Shown here piece by piece: positions 11,136 through 22,992 of a stretch of DNA of 35,625 bases (positions within the stretch are counted from its first letter, which is position 1; each line of letters starts with the position of its first letter). The stretch is from contig NC_068982.1 in the NCBI RefSeq assembly GCF_001194135.2, positions 177,450,611-177,486,235 on the forward strand. Reading direction: 5' to 3'. Origin of the DNA: Octopus bimaculoides (Eukaryota). The notes under the pieces were generated by a model. It had not been told where the DNA came from, ran no database searches, and worked only from the letters and a program-made list of their open reading frames with translations. The position numbers and the translations under genes are program-made.

Positions 11136-11305
11136 GTTCAGTAGTTTTATTTTTATAACGTGCTTTCATTTCACTACCGAGCGCAGCTCTGTGTGCCTTG
11201 GGTATGTGCTGTGGTTTGCTGTGGTGTTCTTATGGTTACTGTATTGAAAGTGTTTTGCGTAGGATGTGTGCAGTGCCCAGTAGTGCAATTTTCTGTATGT
11301 TATAT
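11136..11305 (-). mobile_element. 3' end fragment of a second RLE-type LINE
   Basis: Minus strand reads NIQKIALLGTAHILRKTLSIQ* (stop 11238-11236), then a short UTR and the (AAT)n tail. It parallels LQKTALSGTARIL of the neighbouring LINE. Confidence 0.8.
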
Positions 11306-11933
11306 ATTATTATTAACGACTAATAATAACTAATATTATTAACTAATATTTCTAGTAGGTCCTAGAGCCACCTGCAGGCTGTTTTCTGTAGACATGTCTG
11401 GCAATTGCGCACTATCTATATATTAAATTTTGTAATTTATTTTGGTTTCAATGTATTTATGGGATGACTCAATACATGCATATATACACACACGCATATA
11501 CATACATCAACACATACATATATACATACACATATATACACATACACGTGCATGTGTGCGTACACATACACATATACATGTATACATATACACCCACACA
11601 CATATCCAGCCCTATAATTATATAATTGTATAAAAGATAAAGATATATTGTAAATCATATAATATATAAGGAAGACATATCAGAAAGTATAAACGAATAA
11701 CAGGGAGTTAGGAGATTATACACCAAAATCAAATTTTTCACTACTGAATATAGAGATTGCAAAGAAATATGATGATAATATGTAACTAGGAGGGAGATGA
11801 CATAATGTAACATACGGCTAAAATAATATTTAAAGATTAAATAATATACATGATAACACTTCCAGTCAGTTAAGATGAGAAGTCATGAAAGTCAGTGCCT
11901 GGTACTGCATCAGGGCATTTATTATTATTATTA

Positions 11934-11985
<52 letters not shown>

Positions 11986-12042
11986 CATCATCATTGTTAA
12001 TATTATTCCGCCGAGGCACAGTCACATATATCTGAAGTTTAT

Positions 12043-12290
12043 CTAATAAACGGATGCTAAAGGGTGATCTGTCGATGGTCCATTAGAATTGACGAAATGC
12101 TGCGAGCAAATCTGGCTATTTGCAGTGAAATAAAGTCTTTCCTCACAAGTCTCGATCTCTGAAGCCAAATACGACGAATAGCGACGTTTGCAGGTTATCC
12201 ATTCAGTGAAATAACTTTGCCGTCTACATTCTTCACTCTATAATTGCTGCATATACAAAAGTATTTGCGCGATTTCTTCGGAGACATCAT
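12043..12290 (-). pseudogene. Degenerate THAP zinc-finger domain ORF (probably the 5' end of a DNA transposon)
   Basis: MMSPKKSRKYFCICSNYRVKNVDGKVISLNG*PANVAIRRIWLQRSRLVRKDF / (1-nt frameshift) FTANSQICSQHFVNSNGPSTDHPLASVY*. It shows the CxxC-like pair, P, W and CSxHF of THAP. One stop and one frameshift. Confidence 0.75.
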
Positions 12291-12326
12291 ATTAACCTGT
12301 CATACAGCCTGTCAGTCAGTAGTCCG

Positions 12327-12373
12327 CGGAAGTAGAAGCAAGTCACATACGGGTGAGTTCCAATCAGGGGCGG
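12327..12373 (-). promoter_or_regulatory. Cluster of ETS, CCAAT and GC-box motifs upstream of the THAP ATG
   Basis: CGGAAGT 12327-12333, CCAAT 12360-12364 and GGGGCGG 12367-12373, lying 37-83 bp upstream of the minus-strand ATG at 12290. Confidence 0.4.
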
Positions 12374-12419
12374 ATAACTACCTTATCGTTCTCTTTCTGT
12401 CTTTCTTTCTCGCTTTCTC

Positions 12420-12573
12420 TCTTTCTTCTTCTTGTTCTTCTTATTATTTTTTTTCTTCTTCTTGTTCTTCTTGTTCTTCTTCTTCTTCTTCTTCATCCTC
12501 TTCCACTTCTTATTATTATTATCATTTTTTTCTTCTTCTTCTTCTTCTTCTTCTTCTTCTTCTTCTTCTTCTT
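12420..12573. repeat. Compound (CTT)n/(ATT)n microsatellite
   Basis: Direct reading; it generates the poly-S/F/L track ORFs. Confidence 0.95.
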
Positions 12574-12816
12574 CTCATATACACATGCTTTTGTATATTT
12601 TTTATGAATATATTTTGCTGTCTAAATTTCTTGTTATTTAAGCACCCAGTAAAACATACATTTTTCAGTTTGGAAACGGCTATTTGAAACTTGAAACTCA
12701 TAAGAGTAACTCGGTGTAAACATTATTATTAAAATAAAAGTTATTCCCCACAAAAAGCCATCTCTTCTCGTTTTTCCAAATATATATTACTTTATTTTTA
12801 TTATTCTAGTATTGGT

Positions 12817-12890
<74 letters not shown>

Positions 12891-13010
12891 NNNNNNNNNN
12901 NNNNNNNNNNNNNNNNNNNNNNNNNNNNNNNNNNNNNNNNNNNNNNNNNNNNNNNNNNNNNNNNNNNNNNNNNNNNNNNNNNNNNNNNNNNNNNNNNNNN
13001 NNNNNNNNNN

Positions 13011-13061
<51 letters not shown>

Positions 13062-13120
13062 TTTCTGCCATACATTTTATTGCTTTCAAATGAGGCGCGA
13101 AGGAAACTGTTAACAGCTCC

Positions 13121-13277
13121 GAAGTCGGTGAGAGCAGCCAGATAGGGAGACATGCTGCAGGTGGTAGCATATCGTCATGCTACGATACTGACAAATATTG
13201 GGTATGCTGTTTCATGGCTTCCACACACACCAAAATAGAAAGTATTGCGAGGTGTGGAGATCCCCTCAGTGTTTTAC
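13121..13277. repeat. Dispersed direct repeat, copy 1 (partner 18282-18390)
   Basis: gaagtcggtgagagcagccagatag...gatcccctcagtgttttac is shared; this copy has an extra 48 bp (13178-13225). Confidence 0.92.
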
Positions 13278-13559
13278 ACACTCTCCTCCAGTCTCATACA
13301 AATTCGGTTGGTTTGATTTTATTAATATGCCAATGAGAACGGGAAAATGAGCGTGACGTACGCATAGGTCTTTCTTACTATGAAATTCAAGCCCTTATAT
13401 AGCGTCTGCTTTGGACATCCTCTATGTCTGTGTTTGTGAGTGTGTGTGCATGTGTGTATGTGTATGTGTGTGTATGCGTGTGTATGGTTGAGTTTGTGTG
13501 TTTCTAATTATATATATATATTTATCATATATGTATCTATATGTATATATGAATAACCA

Positions 13560-13757
13560 TGAGATGCTCCTAGAAAGTTCCTCTTCAAGGTGGTTTATGG
13601 AAGACCAGTAGTCGCTCATTCATATCGGCCTCTCCACGCCACCGATCTTATCCAAGAGAAAGGTAAAGGCCGATCTAGCTTGGCACCAGTGACGTCGCAG
13701 CTCATTTCTACAGATGAATGAACTGAAGCAATATGAAATAAAGTGTCTTGCTCAAGA
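13560..13757 (-). mobile_element. 5'-truncated SINE with a CORE/Meta-like central domain
   Basis: Minus strand 13757-13701 TCTTGAGCAAGACACTTTATTTCATATTGCTTCAGTTCATTCATCTGTAGAAATGAG resembles the CORE-SINE consensus as recalled (CCTTGGGCAAGTCACTT...CCTCATCTGTAAAATGGG). Left boundary approximate. Confidence 0.65.
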
Positions 13758-13759
13758 TG

Positions 13760-13791
<32 letters not shown>

Positions 13792-13882
13792 GTGTGTGTG
13801 TATGTGTGTGTGTGTATGCGTGTGTGTGTGTGTGTGTGCGTGCGTGCGTGTGTCTGTGTGTGTGTGTCTGTGTGTTTGTGTG

Positions 13883-13913
<31 letters not shown>

Positions 13914-14141
13914 CATGATAGATCGCTGACCACTACATTTATTTTTTTTTCTCCTTGGTTCTCTCCTTATTTCTTTCTGTATTCCTTTCTGTTGAAGAGC
14001 GTAGGCTCGAAACGTCAAAGACTTTCTCTATTCCCGAGCCTTAAACCAATACACCCATTTGTTGTTTACACCACCTGTCTTCGTCTGTTGTTTTTTTCGT
14101 AAATTCTCCCATATATATATATATACACACACACACATAGG

Positions 14142-14173
<32 letters not shown>

Positions 14174-14380
14174 AACGTAATATCATTTTTTTCTATAGCT
14201 TCAGCTCAGAGCTGCTGCCATGCTGGTGCACCGCTGTTATATTATACATATATTCGCACACACTCATGCGCACACATACATATATTCGTCATTGACTTTG
14301 GTTGACAGCTGTTGACAGAATGGTCTATAAATATATATTTTTATGTATATTATGTATATTATTTTCATTATAGTTTTCAT

Positions 14381-14381
14381 C

Positions 14382-14443
<62 letters not shown>

Positions 14444-14499
14444 AGGTGGTGGTGGTGGTGGTGGTATTGGTGGTGGTGGTGGTGGTGGTGGTGGTGGTG
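14381..14499. repeat. Compound (AGT)n-(GGT)n microsatellite
   Basis: Direct reading; it generates the poly-S/G and poly-P/L track ORFs. Confidence 0.97.
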
Positions 14500-16514
14500 T
14501 ACAAATATTCATATTCAGTAATATAATACTTCTATAATTGTATTCAGTCCTAATTGTATTATATTTACATGTGTTTCTCACCACGTAACAATGTTATTGT
14601 GAACGAAATATATTAAGAGCGTTCGCAGAACAATAAAGGAGATATTTCTTTAACTATGTCCAGTCCATGAAGTAGATTTACTGTCGTTCAAAAACTGGTA
14701 AGTTAAATTGAGACACCTTTACAGGGGTATAGAGAAATTTAAATGAAATGTAATACGTCTATTTATTTAGCTGTCAATAAAAGCTTTTGCTGATCATTGC
14801 ATGCCATTTTCTAATCTTTTAATCTCTCATCAAATCCGAAAATTAATCGTATCACCAAACTGTGTTGTCTTGTTTCGGCTGGTCCCTATAATTATCTTCG
14901 TGCAGGACTTCGAAGATTTTAGGGAAAGAACTCCTTCTTGAGGTGTGACAGAAGATAGATTGATTTGTCATTTTGGTACAAATGTAATACTTGATTTACA
15001 TAGAAAACGCAAAGTTGTGTGTTGAGAGAAATAATAGATATAACAGCAATGCTAAACGTGCATGTTGTTGCGTTATTGTTGCACAGACTGAATAGTTAGA
15101 TTTGGCTATCCACCCGGGAAAAATAGTTGTAAGAATGTCTACTTGTCCCAGGATCTAGTCCAAGAGATGCCAAATATAAAAAGAGAGTGGAAGCATCCAT
15201 CTCTCTTTCAAACAACAACCAGTAAAACGTACAAAATAACAGGGGAAATTATCTTGTTTGAGACGGTAAAGATTGCGGGATTGCTATGTTTTCACTGCAT
15301 CTTTATATTAAAAGGTGAGTGGTTGGTTAATGTACAGGTGAGGAGAGGTAATATGTCGTCTGGAGAAATCAACAGGCACTGCAAGTCCTAACGAACTACG
15401 AAAGCTACACGCAATGCTGTAAAAGGGTATGGGGCATTATGCCTAGTGGTTATTTCAATAGTAAAATATATTTGGGGCCTTTTGTCCTGAAGAACTGGAA
15501 AAGCTATAAAAGCAGAGCAGAGAAGAAAGCAATCGAGAAACAGGCTCCGAGTCCTAAAACATCACTCACAGTTGCAAAAAAAAACGAAAATTATACAGGA
15601 AAATGAACGGGAGACAAAAAACAGCAAAAAAGGCGCGAGGATGAATGCAACTCAGGTGAGGGGGGGGCTATGTGTATTTGTGCGCGCGCGCGCGTGTGTT
15701 TGCCACAGAAACCAGAAAACACACACCCTTATGAATCTCTGCCTCGGTAAAGACATTTGATTCTTTTTTGATATATGTAGTATATATATATATATATACT
15801 CGTTGCTCACTTATTCTTCTACTTCCTCCCTTTGTTTCTCCCTCTACCACTCTCTCTCTCTCTCTCTCTCTTCCTTACCCCTGCCTGGTCACATGCTTCC
15901 GGTCACTAATCCTTTTCTTCCTTGGCTATCGCCGAGCAAACACGCGAACTTACTTCATCCCTACTTTCAGTTCGTGCCTCACAGCGTTCATATACACATA
16001 ATTTTTCACATCTGGGCGCATAGCCTTTTCCGTTTGTTTTCCTGTCTTGTTTTTGTCCGCCACTACATTCCTCCATAGCACAGGTTTAATTTGTGTACAC
16101 AAATTTAATTTGCGGTCCATGGGAAGAGCCGTTTTAACGATGCGTCCTACCCAACTCTTCGAAACGCCGNNNNNNNNNNNNNNNNNNNNNNNNNNNNNNN
16201 NNNNNNNNNNNNNNNNNNNNNNNNNNNNNNNNNNNNNNNNNNNNNNNNNNNNNNNNNNNNNNNNNNNNNNNNNNNNNNNNNNNNNNNNNNNNNNNNNNNN
16301 NNNNNNNNNNNNNNNNNNNNNNNNNNNNNNNNNNNNNNNNNNNNNNNNNNNNNNNNNNNNNNNNNNNNNNNNNNNNNNNNNNNNNNNNNNNNNNNNNNNN
16401 NNNNNNNNNNNNNNNTATATGCATATATATATATGCATTTATACACTCACATATATACATTCATATACACATACACACACACACACACACCGAGACATAT
16501 ATGTACACATACTT

Positions 16515-16710
16515 GTATGTATGTATGTATGTATGTATGTATATATGTATCTATCTATCTATCTATACACATAAATACATACATACATACATGCATACAT
16601 GCATACATACATACCTACCTACATACATACATACATACATACATACATACATACACACATACATACATGCATGCATACATACATACATACATACATACAT
16701 ACATACATGT
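16515..16710. repeat. (TATG)n/(CATA)n tetranucleotide microsatellite array
   Basis: Direct reading; the unit orientation switches at about 16565. Confidence 0.93.
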
Positions 16711-17412
16711 ATGTGTGCATGTGCAGTAATGAAATTTCTTTCAAATTATGTCTGTCTTTCATAAAAGCAGGAAGGGATACATGGTCTACTATAATCCTTG
16801 GTACACGGTTTTTGATAGAGAAACAGGATGGACAGCCCTGGAGCGTCTGTATTAATAAGTCTAATCATTAGTTCATGTTAGGCTAGGTAACAAATAATTA
16901 CGTTTCTTTATATCATTTTATATCATATCCCCACAAGCCTTCCAAATAAAATAATCAGGGTACTAAATAATTGTTTGAGTGGTGTCAAAAAGACGATAGC
17001 TGCATGAAATTAATATTCTGGACCCGGTGTGTGTCAGCAAGATTCGGTTCATAAATTGAAACCAATTGTAGCAATTAATATTTCTTTTTAGGGAGAGGAG
17101 AGTATTCAAGCGTATAGCTCATATGTTTATTTCTCCCATCTTCTTCCCTTCTTTTTTCTCTGTTTCATAAAAAGTTACTTCTTTCGCTGTCAAAAATTAT
17201 AAATACATAAATATTTTTATCTTTGTTTCAATTCTTATCATAGTTTAGTGGGTTTTTTTGTTTTCAGTTAAGGATCATTAAATTGTATAATGTAGTAGAA
17301 TTTGAATGCACCGACTTTAAATCCTCTATTTAAGAGCAGGTTTTGTCAATAGTAATGTCTTATATAAACAATCTTTTTTTTATTTATGCATAAATCTTTA
17401 GACAATTATAGT

Positions 17413-17448
<36 letters not shown>

Positions 17449-17462
17449 GTGTGTGTATGTGT

Positions 17463-17496
<34 letters not shown>

Positions 17497-18281
17497 TGAT
17501 ATTGTTTGTAGGATTCGTCTAAGCCAAGTGGTATTTTAAAAGCAGGAACATCAAATTAGGGTCGATGTTAGCATAGCAGTGTATAGACCGTATATGGACA
17601 CGCTTGTATATACAAATGTATATACGGACATGTTTTGACACATATATACATGCATATGAACAAATCATCATACACATCCGTATGAATATACATGTATATG
17701 AAATTATACATACACATGCAGGCAGGTAGGCGGTTTCACGATCTTCTGTGAGTTCCAGAAGGTTCAGGTGTGGTGTTTACATAAAGAAGGAACACAAATG
17801 TGCCTAATATTAATTGCAGCTGTTTCAGACAGCATATTTCTATGAAAAAAAAAATTATTGCGATTAAATTGGCTCTACCACAAATATTTGTAGTTTTGTG
17901 TCGAAGCGAAGCAAAATAGTAATACTACTGTTCTTCATTTTTGTTTATTGTATTTGAAAAATGAATGCCAACCTATGGATAGTAGCAGACAAACTAGCAT
18001 CCGCCATTTTACGCTTTTATTTAAAATCGGTCTCAGACAATTTTGCGATGCACCTTTTAATTTCGCCTCTCAGGGGTCGATAAAGTAATGAGTAAATATA
18101 GGAATCAAAGTTATTTCCTATACTCTGCCAGGATTATTTGTGTTTTTGTCCTAATTTAAGAATCATTATTATAAGTGTAGTTATTGTAGCTATTTAGGCA
18201 GTCGATGGTATACTTATTAGAATGCTGAATATAATGTCTTGTGATATACAATTATGTTTTTATACTCGAAGTTCAATTCTT

Positions 18282-18390
18282 GAAGTCGGTGAGAGCAGCC
18301 AGATAGAGAGACATGCTGCTGGTGGTAGCATATCGTCACACACCAAAATAGAAAGTATTGCGAGGTGTGGAGATCCCCTCAGTGTTTTAC
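18282..18390. repeat. Dispersed direct repeat, copy 2 (partner 13121-13277)
   Basis: Only two substitutions seen against copy 1, plus the 48-bp indel. Confidence 0.92.
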
Positions 18391-18496
18391 GTACAAAATC
18401 GGTTCTACTGTAACTGCCTTCAAAATTGTTGGCTGTCAGAAATCAATACAGTATTTTTATATATATATATTATGGTTGCTGCTGCAGCTGCCGATA

Positions 18497-18530
<34 letters not shown>

Positions 18531-19048
18531 CGAGGACGACGATGACGACGACAATAATCATGGTCGTCATGATCATGGTGTGCTTCTACCACCACTACTA
18601 CGGTGGTAGTCTTGTTGTCTATTAGAACAAATGAAAGCAAAATACTTTCTAAATTCAAATCTGAGTAACAAGATCCACTTTATTTTTCATGCCGGATATT
18701 ACTTCTAAAAACGAGTACTTCCCATGTACTGAAGTTGATTAAATCCATTAATTATCTTATTAAATGTGTATTGTTTTCTGTTATGGGTATTATTCTTTCA
18801 ACGTGATGCGTGTGTTAATTCAATCAACACCCTTCCCCTACTATTTGGGGCCGCATGTTTTAATCATAATACAATTAGGAGGAACAATTATGAGAACTGT
18901 CGCACAACGTGAAGCAAAAAGCACCTATAAAGCAGGGATATAGTAACGCATGCATGCAATTAGAAGCACACGCAAATATACACGCGCACACAGATATGCA
19001 AAAACAAATACCTACTCACATAAATATATGCACATACATACATATATA

Positions 19049-19900
19049 TACGAAGTGGTATGAAAAAGTTGCTGGACTAGTTCTGTAGCACACCAACTGG
19101 CAGCAGCACACAGTTGCGTGCACAATGTGACCTAGCAGCGACCTTCATGAGGCAGTGTACCGAGTGACATCGCTGTATTTAATTCGCAGGTTGTAATATT
19201 TGTGTTTTGGGGATCACATGCATGCAGTAGACTGTGATTTTTGTCATGGATGTGAATTTAGAACAAAGAGCCAACGTGAAATTTTGCGTTAAACTTGAAG
19301 TCATCACCGGTGGTGACAGTGAAGACTACAGGTACGACCCTGAGACGAAGCAGCAATCGTCACAATAGAAGGGCCCTTCATCTCCACGACCGAAGAAGCC
19401 ACGACAGAGCCGCGGCTCCACGGTATGTATTGTTTATCGGGAATTCAGCACCCCGGAGCCAAACCATCAATCTAGAGTTCTACTGCGAACTTTTGATGCG
19501 TGTGAGGGAGGACATTTGACGAAAGCGACCGTGGAGTACGGGGAATTGGACTATTCACGATGACAATGCACCCTGTCACCGATCTCTCCTTACTCGTGAG
19601 ATTCCCGTCAAAGACAACAGGATATCGCCTCTGCAACTGCCCTATTCGCCAGATGTTGCATATGCAGACTCCCATCTCTTCACTAAGATGAAAATGCAGC
19701 TCAAAGGTCACCGTTTTAACAACGTTGTCGAGATCGAGAGCGAATCGAGGAAGGTCTTCGATTCGCTTACAGAAAACAACTTCTAGGCTGGATTCCAAAA
19801 GTGGCAGGAACGCTGGGACCGGTGTATTGCTGTGCAAGGTCACTTTTTCGAAGGTGATGTTGTTAAAATCTGGGTAAATACATTATCTATAGAACTATCA
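19049..19900 (+). mobile_element. Internally deleted mariner (DD34D) element
   Basis: Left TIR-like tacgaagtggtatgaaaaagttgctggactagttct. ATG at 19246 gives MDVNLEQRANVKFCVKL, joined directly to VITG..YDPETKQQSSQ*K, then HDDNAPCH, PYSPDVAYADSHLF and FQKWQERWDRCIAVQGHFFEGD. Right TIR only partial. Confidence 0.93.
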
Positions 19901-20007
19901 AAAACTTGTTTATTTTTATGTTTTGGGATTAGAGTAGCTAAATTTTTTGCTAAAATTGCTGTTTCTTTTCAGATATCATCAGTAAAAGACAATTAAAATT
20001 AATTAAA

Positions 20008-21029
20008 ATGACAGATTTATCGGACTTTCAAAGAGGTCAAATTGTTGGTGCTCGTATGGCAGGCGCTAGCGTAACAAAAACAGCCGAAATGTTTGGTGTA
20101 TCAAGAAGTACTCTCTCGAAAGTAATGACAGCCTTTGAGAAAGAGGGAAAAAAACCTCCTCGTCGAAACAAAACTCCGGAAGAAAACCAAAACTTCCAGA
20201 TAGGAATCGTCGGACTATAACGCGAATTGTAAGAAAGGATCACAGAAGTACAGATCCCAAAATTACTGCAGAGCTTAATGGCCACCTCCAGAACCCAGTT
20301 TCCACAAAAACTGTTCACTGAGAGCTGCACAAAGCTGGATTTCATTGGAGGGTTGCAATCAGAAAACCACTACTTTCAAAAACAAACGTTGCGAAGTGTT
20401 TAGAGTGGAGTAAACCAAATGTTACAAAGCGTTTAGAGCGGTGGAAGAATGTTATTTTCTCGGACGAGTCATCCTTTACCTTATTTCTGACTACTGGCCG
20501 AGTATACGTGTGGGGACAGCCAAACGAAGCATTTGACCCAGACTGCCTTCTTCCAACTGTCAAACATGGAGGAGGATCTGTGATGATCTGTGGTGGGGGC
20601 TATATCTTGGAAATCCACCGGCCCAATGGTTTCCCTTCATGGCAGAATTAATAGTCAAGACTATTTAAGCATTTTATAAGATCAAATTCTTCCTATTGTT
20701 GCAGAACTGTTTCCGAATGGAAACGCAATCTTTCAGGATAATAATGCACCAATTTACACAGCTAAAGTTGTTACTGAATGGCACGAGGTACATTCTAGTG
20801 AAGTTGAACATCTTATCTGGTCACCACAGTCCCCAGATATCAATATTATTGAACATTTATGGTGCATTTTAGAAAAACAAGAGACGAGTCGATATCCTCC
20901 ACCATCGTCACTACAGGAACTGGAGACTGTTTCAGCTGAAGAATGGACAAAAATTCCTTTGGAAACAATTCAAACTTTGTACGAGTTCATACCTCGTAGA
21001 ATTCAAGCTGTAATTAATGCCACAGGTGG
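20008..21029 (+). mobile_element. Tc1-like (DD34E) transposase pseudogene, running into an N-gap
   Basis: MTDLSDFQRGQIVGARMAGASVTKTAEMFGVSRST (HTH), VIFSDES, FQDNNAPIYTAK, WSPQSPDINIIEHLWCILEK, IPRRIQAVINATGG. Several frameshifts. Confidence 0.95.
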
Positions 21030-21212
21030 NNNNNNNNNNNNNNNNNNNNNNNNNNNNNNNNNNNNNNNNNNNNNNNNNNNNNNNNNNNNNNNNNNNNNNN
21101 NNNNNNNNNNNNNNNNNNNNNNNNNNNNNNNNNNNNNNNNNNNNNNNNNNNNNNNNNNNNNNNNNNNNNNNNNNNNNNNNNNNNNNNNNNNNNNNNNNTA
21201 TATATATACACA

Positions 21213-21431
21213 CACGAGGAGTGCTGAAAAGTTCTTCGCTTTAAGGTTATTGCGAAAGACCTGGTTGCAACCAAACCTTCTGAGTTCTTTAAGACGGCTT
21301 AGAAAAAGTGAAGGACAGCTACAATAAATGCGTAAGTCTGAAAGGGTAATATGTCAAATAAAATCTTGATTAATTGATCCAACTGGTTTTTTTTCTACTC
21401 AAAGCCAGGAACTTTTCAGCACCCACCCGTC
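21213..21431 (+). mobile_element. Mariner-derived MITE / deletion derivative (about 220 bp)
   Basis: TIR pair cgaggagtgctgaaaagttcttcgcttt (21215-21242) and aaagccaggaacttttcagcacccacccg (21401-21429). An internal remnant GLEKVKDSYNKCVSLKG*YVK* resembles the mariner C-terminus. Confidence 0.85.
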
Positions 21432-21827
21432 TGTGCCTGTGTGTGTGTGTTTAGAATATTCCGTTTGTTTAGTATCCATCTTCCACTTTAAAGTGAGTTA
21501 TAATGTAATAAACAAAATAAACGCACTTTAAAGTGCAAGATGGACACTAATAAATGGCTAAAATGTCAAGTAAACAAAAAAGAAGTTAACATGACTGCAC
21601 AATTATTTTTAAAAATGAATATTTTATGTGTATTCTGTTTTCTTTAAACTATTAATTATTTCTCCTATATCGAAAAAAATGAAGTCTCCCTAGTAACAAC
21701 TAGATTTTCAGAAGTGGAATCTATTAAGAATGGTTCAGGATTATCAATCGACAGAAGCTAATAACTGATGCTCGCTTGGCTAACATATACACACGCACGC
21801 ACACGCACGCACACACACACACACACA

Positions 21828-21883
<56 letters not shown>

Positions 21884-22391
21884 GGTTTGTATATTGGTAC
21901 TGTGGCAGTATATGATGCATTTTATAGTCAAAGTAACAGACCTGTCAAACTTACAACGTTTGCTTGGTTTTTGTCATGTTACTGAAGATGGAATGATTAT
22001 ACTGATTCTGAGATTGGATTGTTTTAATTGTTCTAACTGCTGTTTCTTTTATATTGAACTGCTTTGCAGTCTCTGTTGAAGCTTTTCAATTTTGAAGTTG
22101 ATTTAATATGTTACATCTCATTTCGAGAGAAATCCACTTTATTAACATTTGAAATTCTGTTTATTATTCAATCTCGAAAATATTTAAGAAAACATATCAA
22201 AAATATCTACATTAACTGTTGATTTTAGTGTGCAATATACAAGATTTATGAATATAAAACGAAATGAGGATGAATAACCGGGAGGTTAACTGTAGGGTCC
22301 TTACCAAAATTATTCTAAAGTGATTCGGTCCAAACTAGTGTAAAGTACTGTGTAAAACGAGATATAGCTGTAGTTGTATACAAATATTATA

Positions 22392-22570
22392 GGCGTCAAT
22401 GTAGCAGAGTTGTTAATGTGTTAGAGAGAATGCACAACGATTATCGTTCTGTATGTTAGCTCTCTTAGTTCAAATCTTGCTGAGGTCAGGTTTGCTTTCC
22501 ATCTTTGGAGAACATAGAAATAATAAGCTGAGCTTAGTACTAAATTTGATTTGTCTAATTTATCCCTATT
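22392..22570 (+). mobile_element. Highly degenerate SINE copy
   Basis: aggcgtcaatgtagcagag ... agttcaaatcttgctgaggtcaggtttgctttccatc resembles the head and B-box of the 7589 family. Confidence 0.5.
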
Positions 22571-22687
22571 CTTAAATTTACCTTAAACATTCGTTTGAAG
22601 TAACCTACATTCAAGTTTAGATAGAGATGATCTCCTAAGACGTCATTAACTGTTAAGGAACAATTATCCCTGCTATGTATGTATGTG

Positions 22688-22738
<51 letters not shown>

Positions 22739-22748
22739 GATTAGATTG

Positions 22749-22829
<81 letters not shown>

Positions 22830-22942
22830 TCATTTACACACACAGTCACTTATATACATATATCTATAAATATATGTATGCACATAAACACACCTATATA
22901 CATCTACATATACGTATATATTCACATATATGAATATAAATG

Positions 22943-22992
<50 letters not shown>

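Noticed and set aside
10756-11247. 163-aa + strand ORF with poly-Leu
   Set aside because: It is the antisense of the RLE LINE plus the (ATT)n run.
16119-16169. GAAGAG...CTCTTC-GAAACGCCG as a hammerhead
   Set aside because: A 6-bp stem and GAAAC are present, but the upstream core reads TCCATGG and the 3' side falls into an N-gap, so it cannot be supported.
19960-19990. Minus-strand CTGATGA-TATCT-GAAA
   Set aside because: No room for stem II and no stem III/UH site; a chance match in the Tc1 leader.
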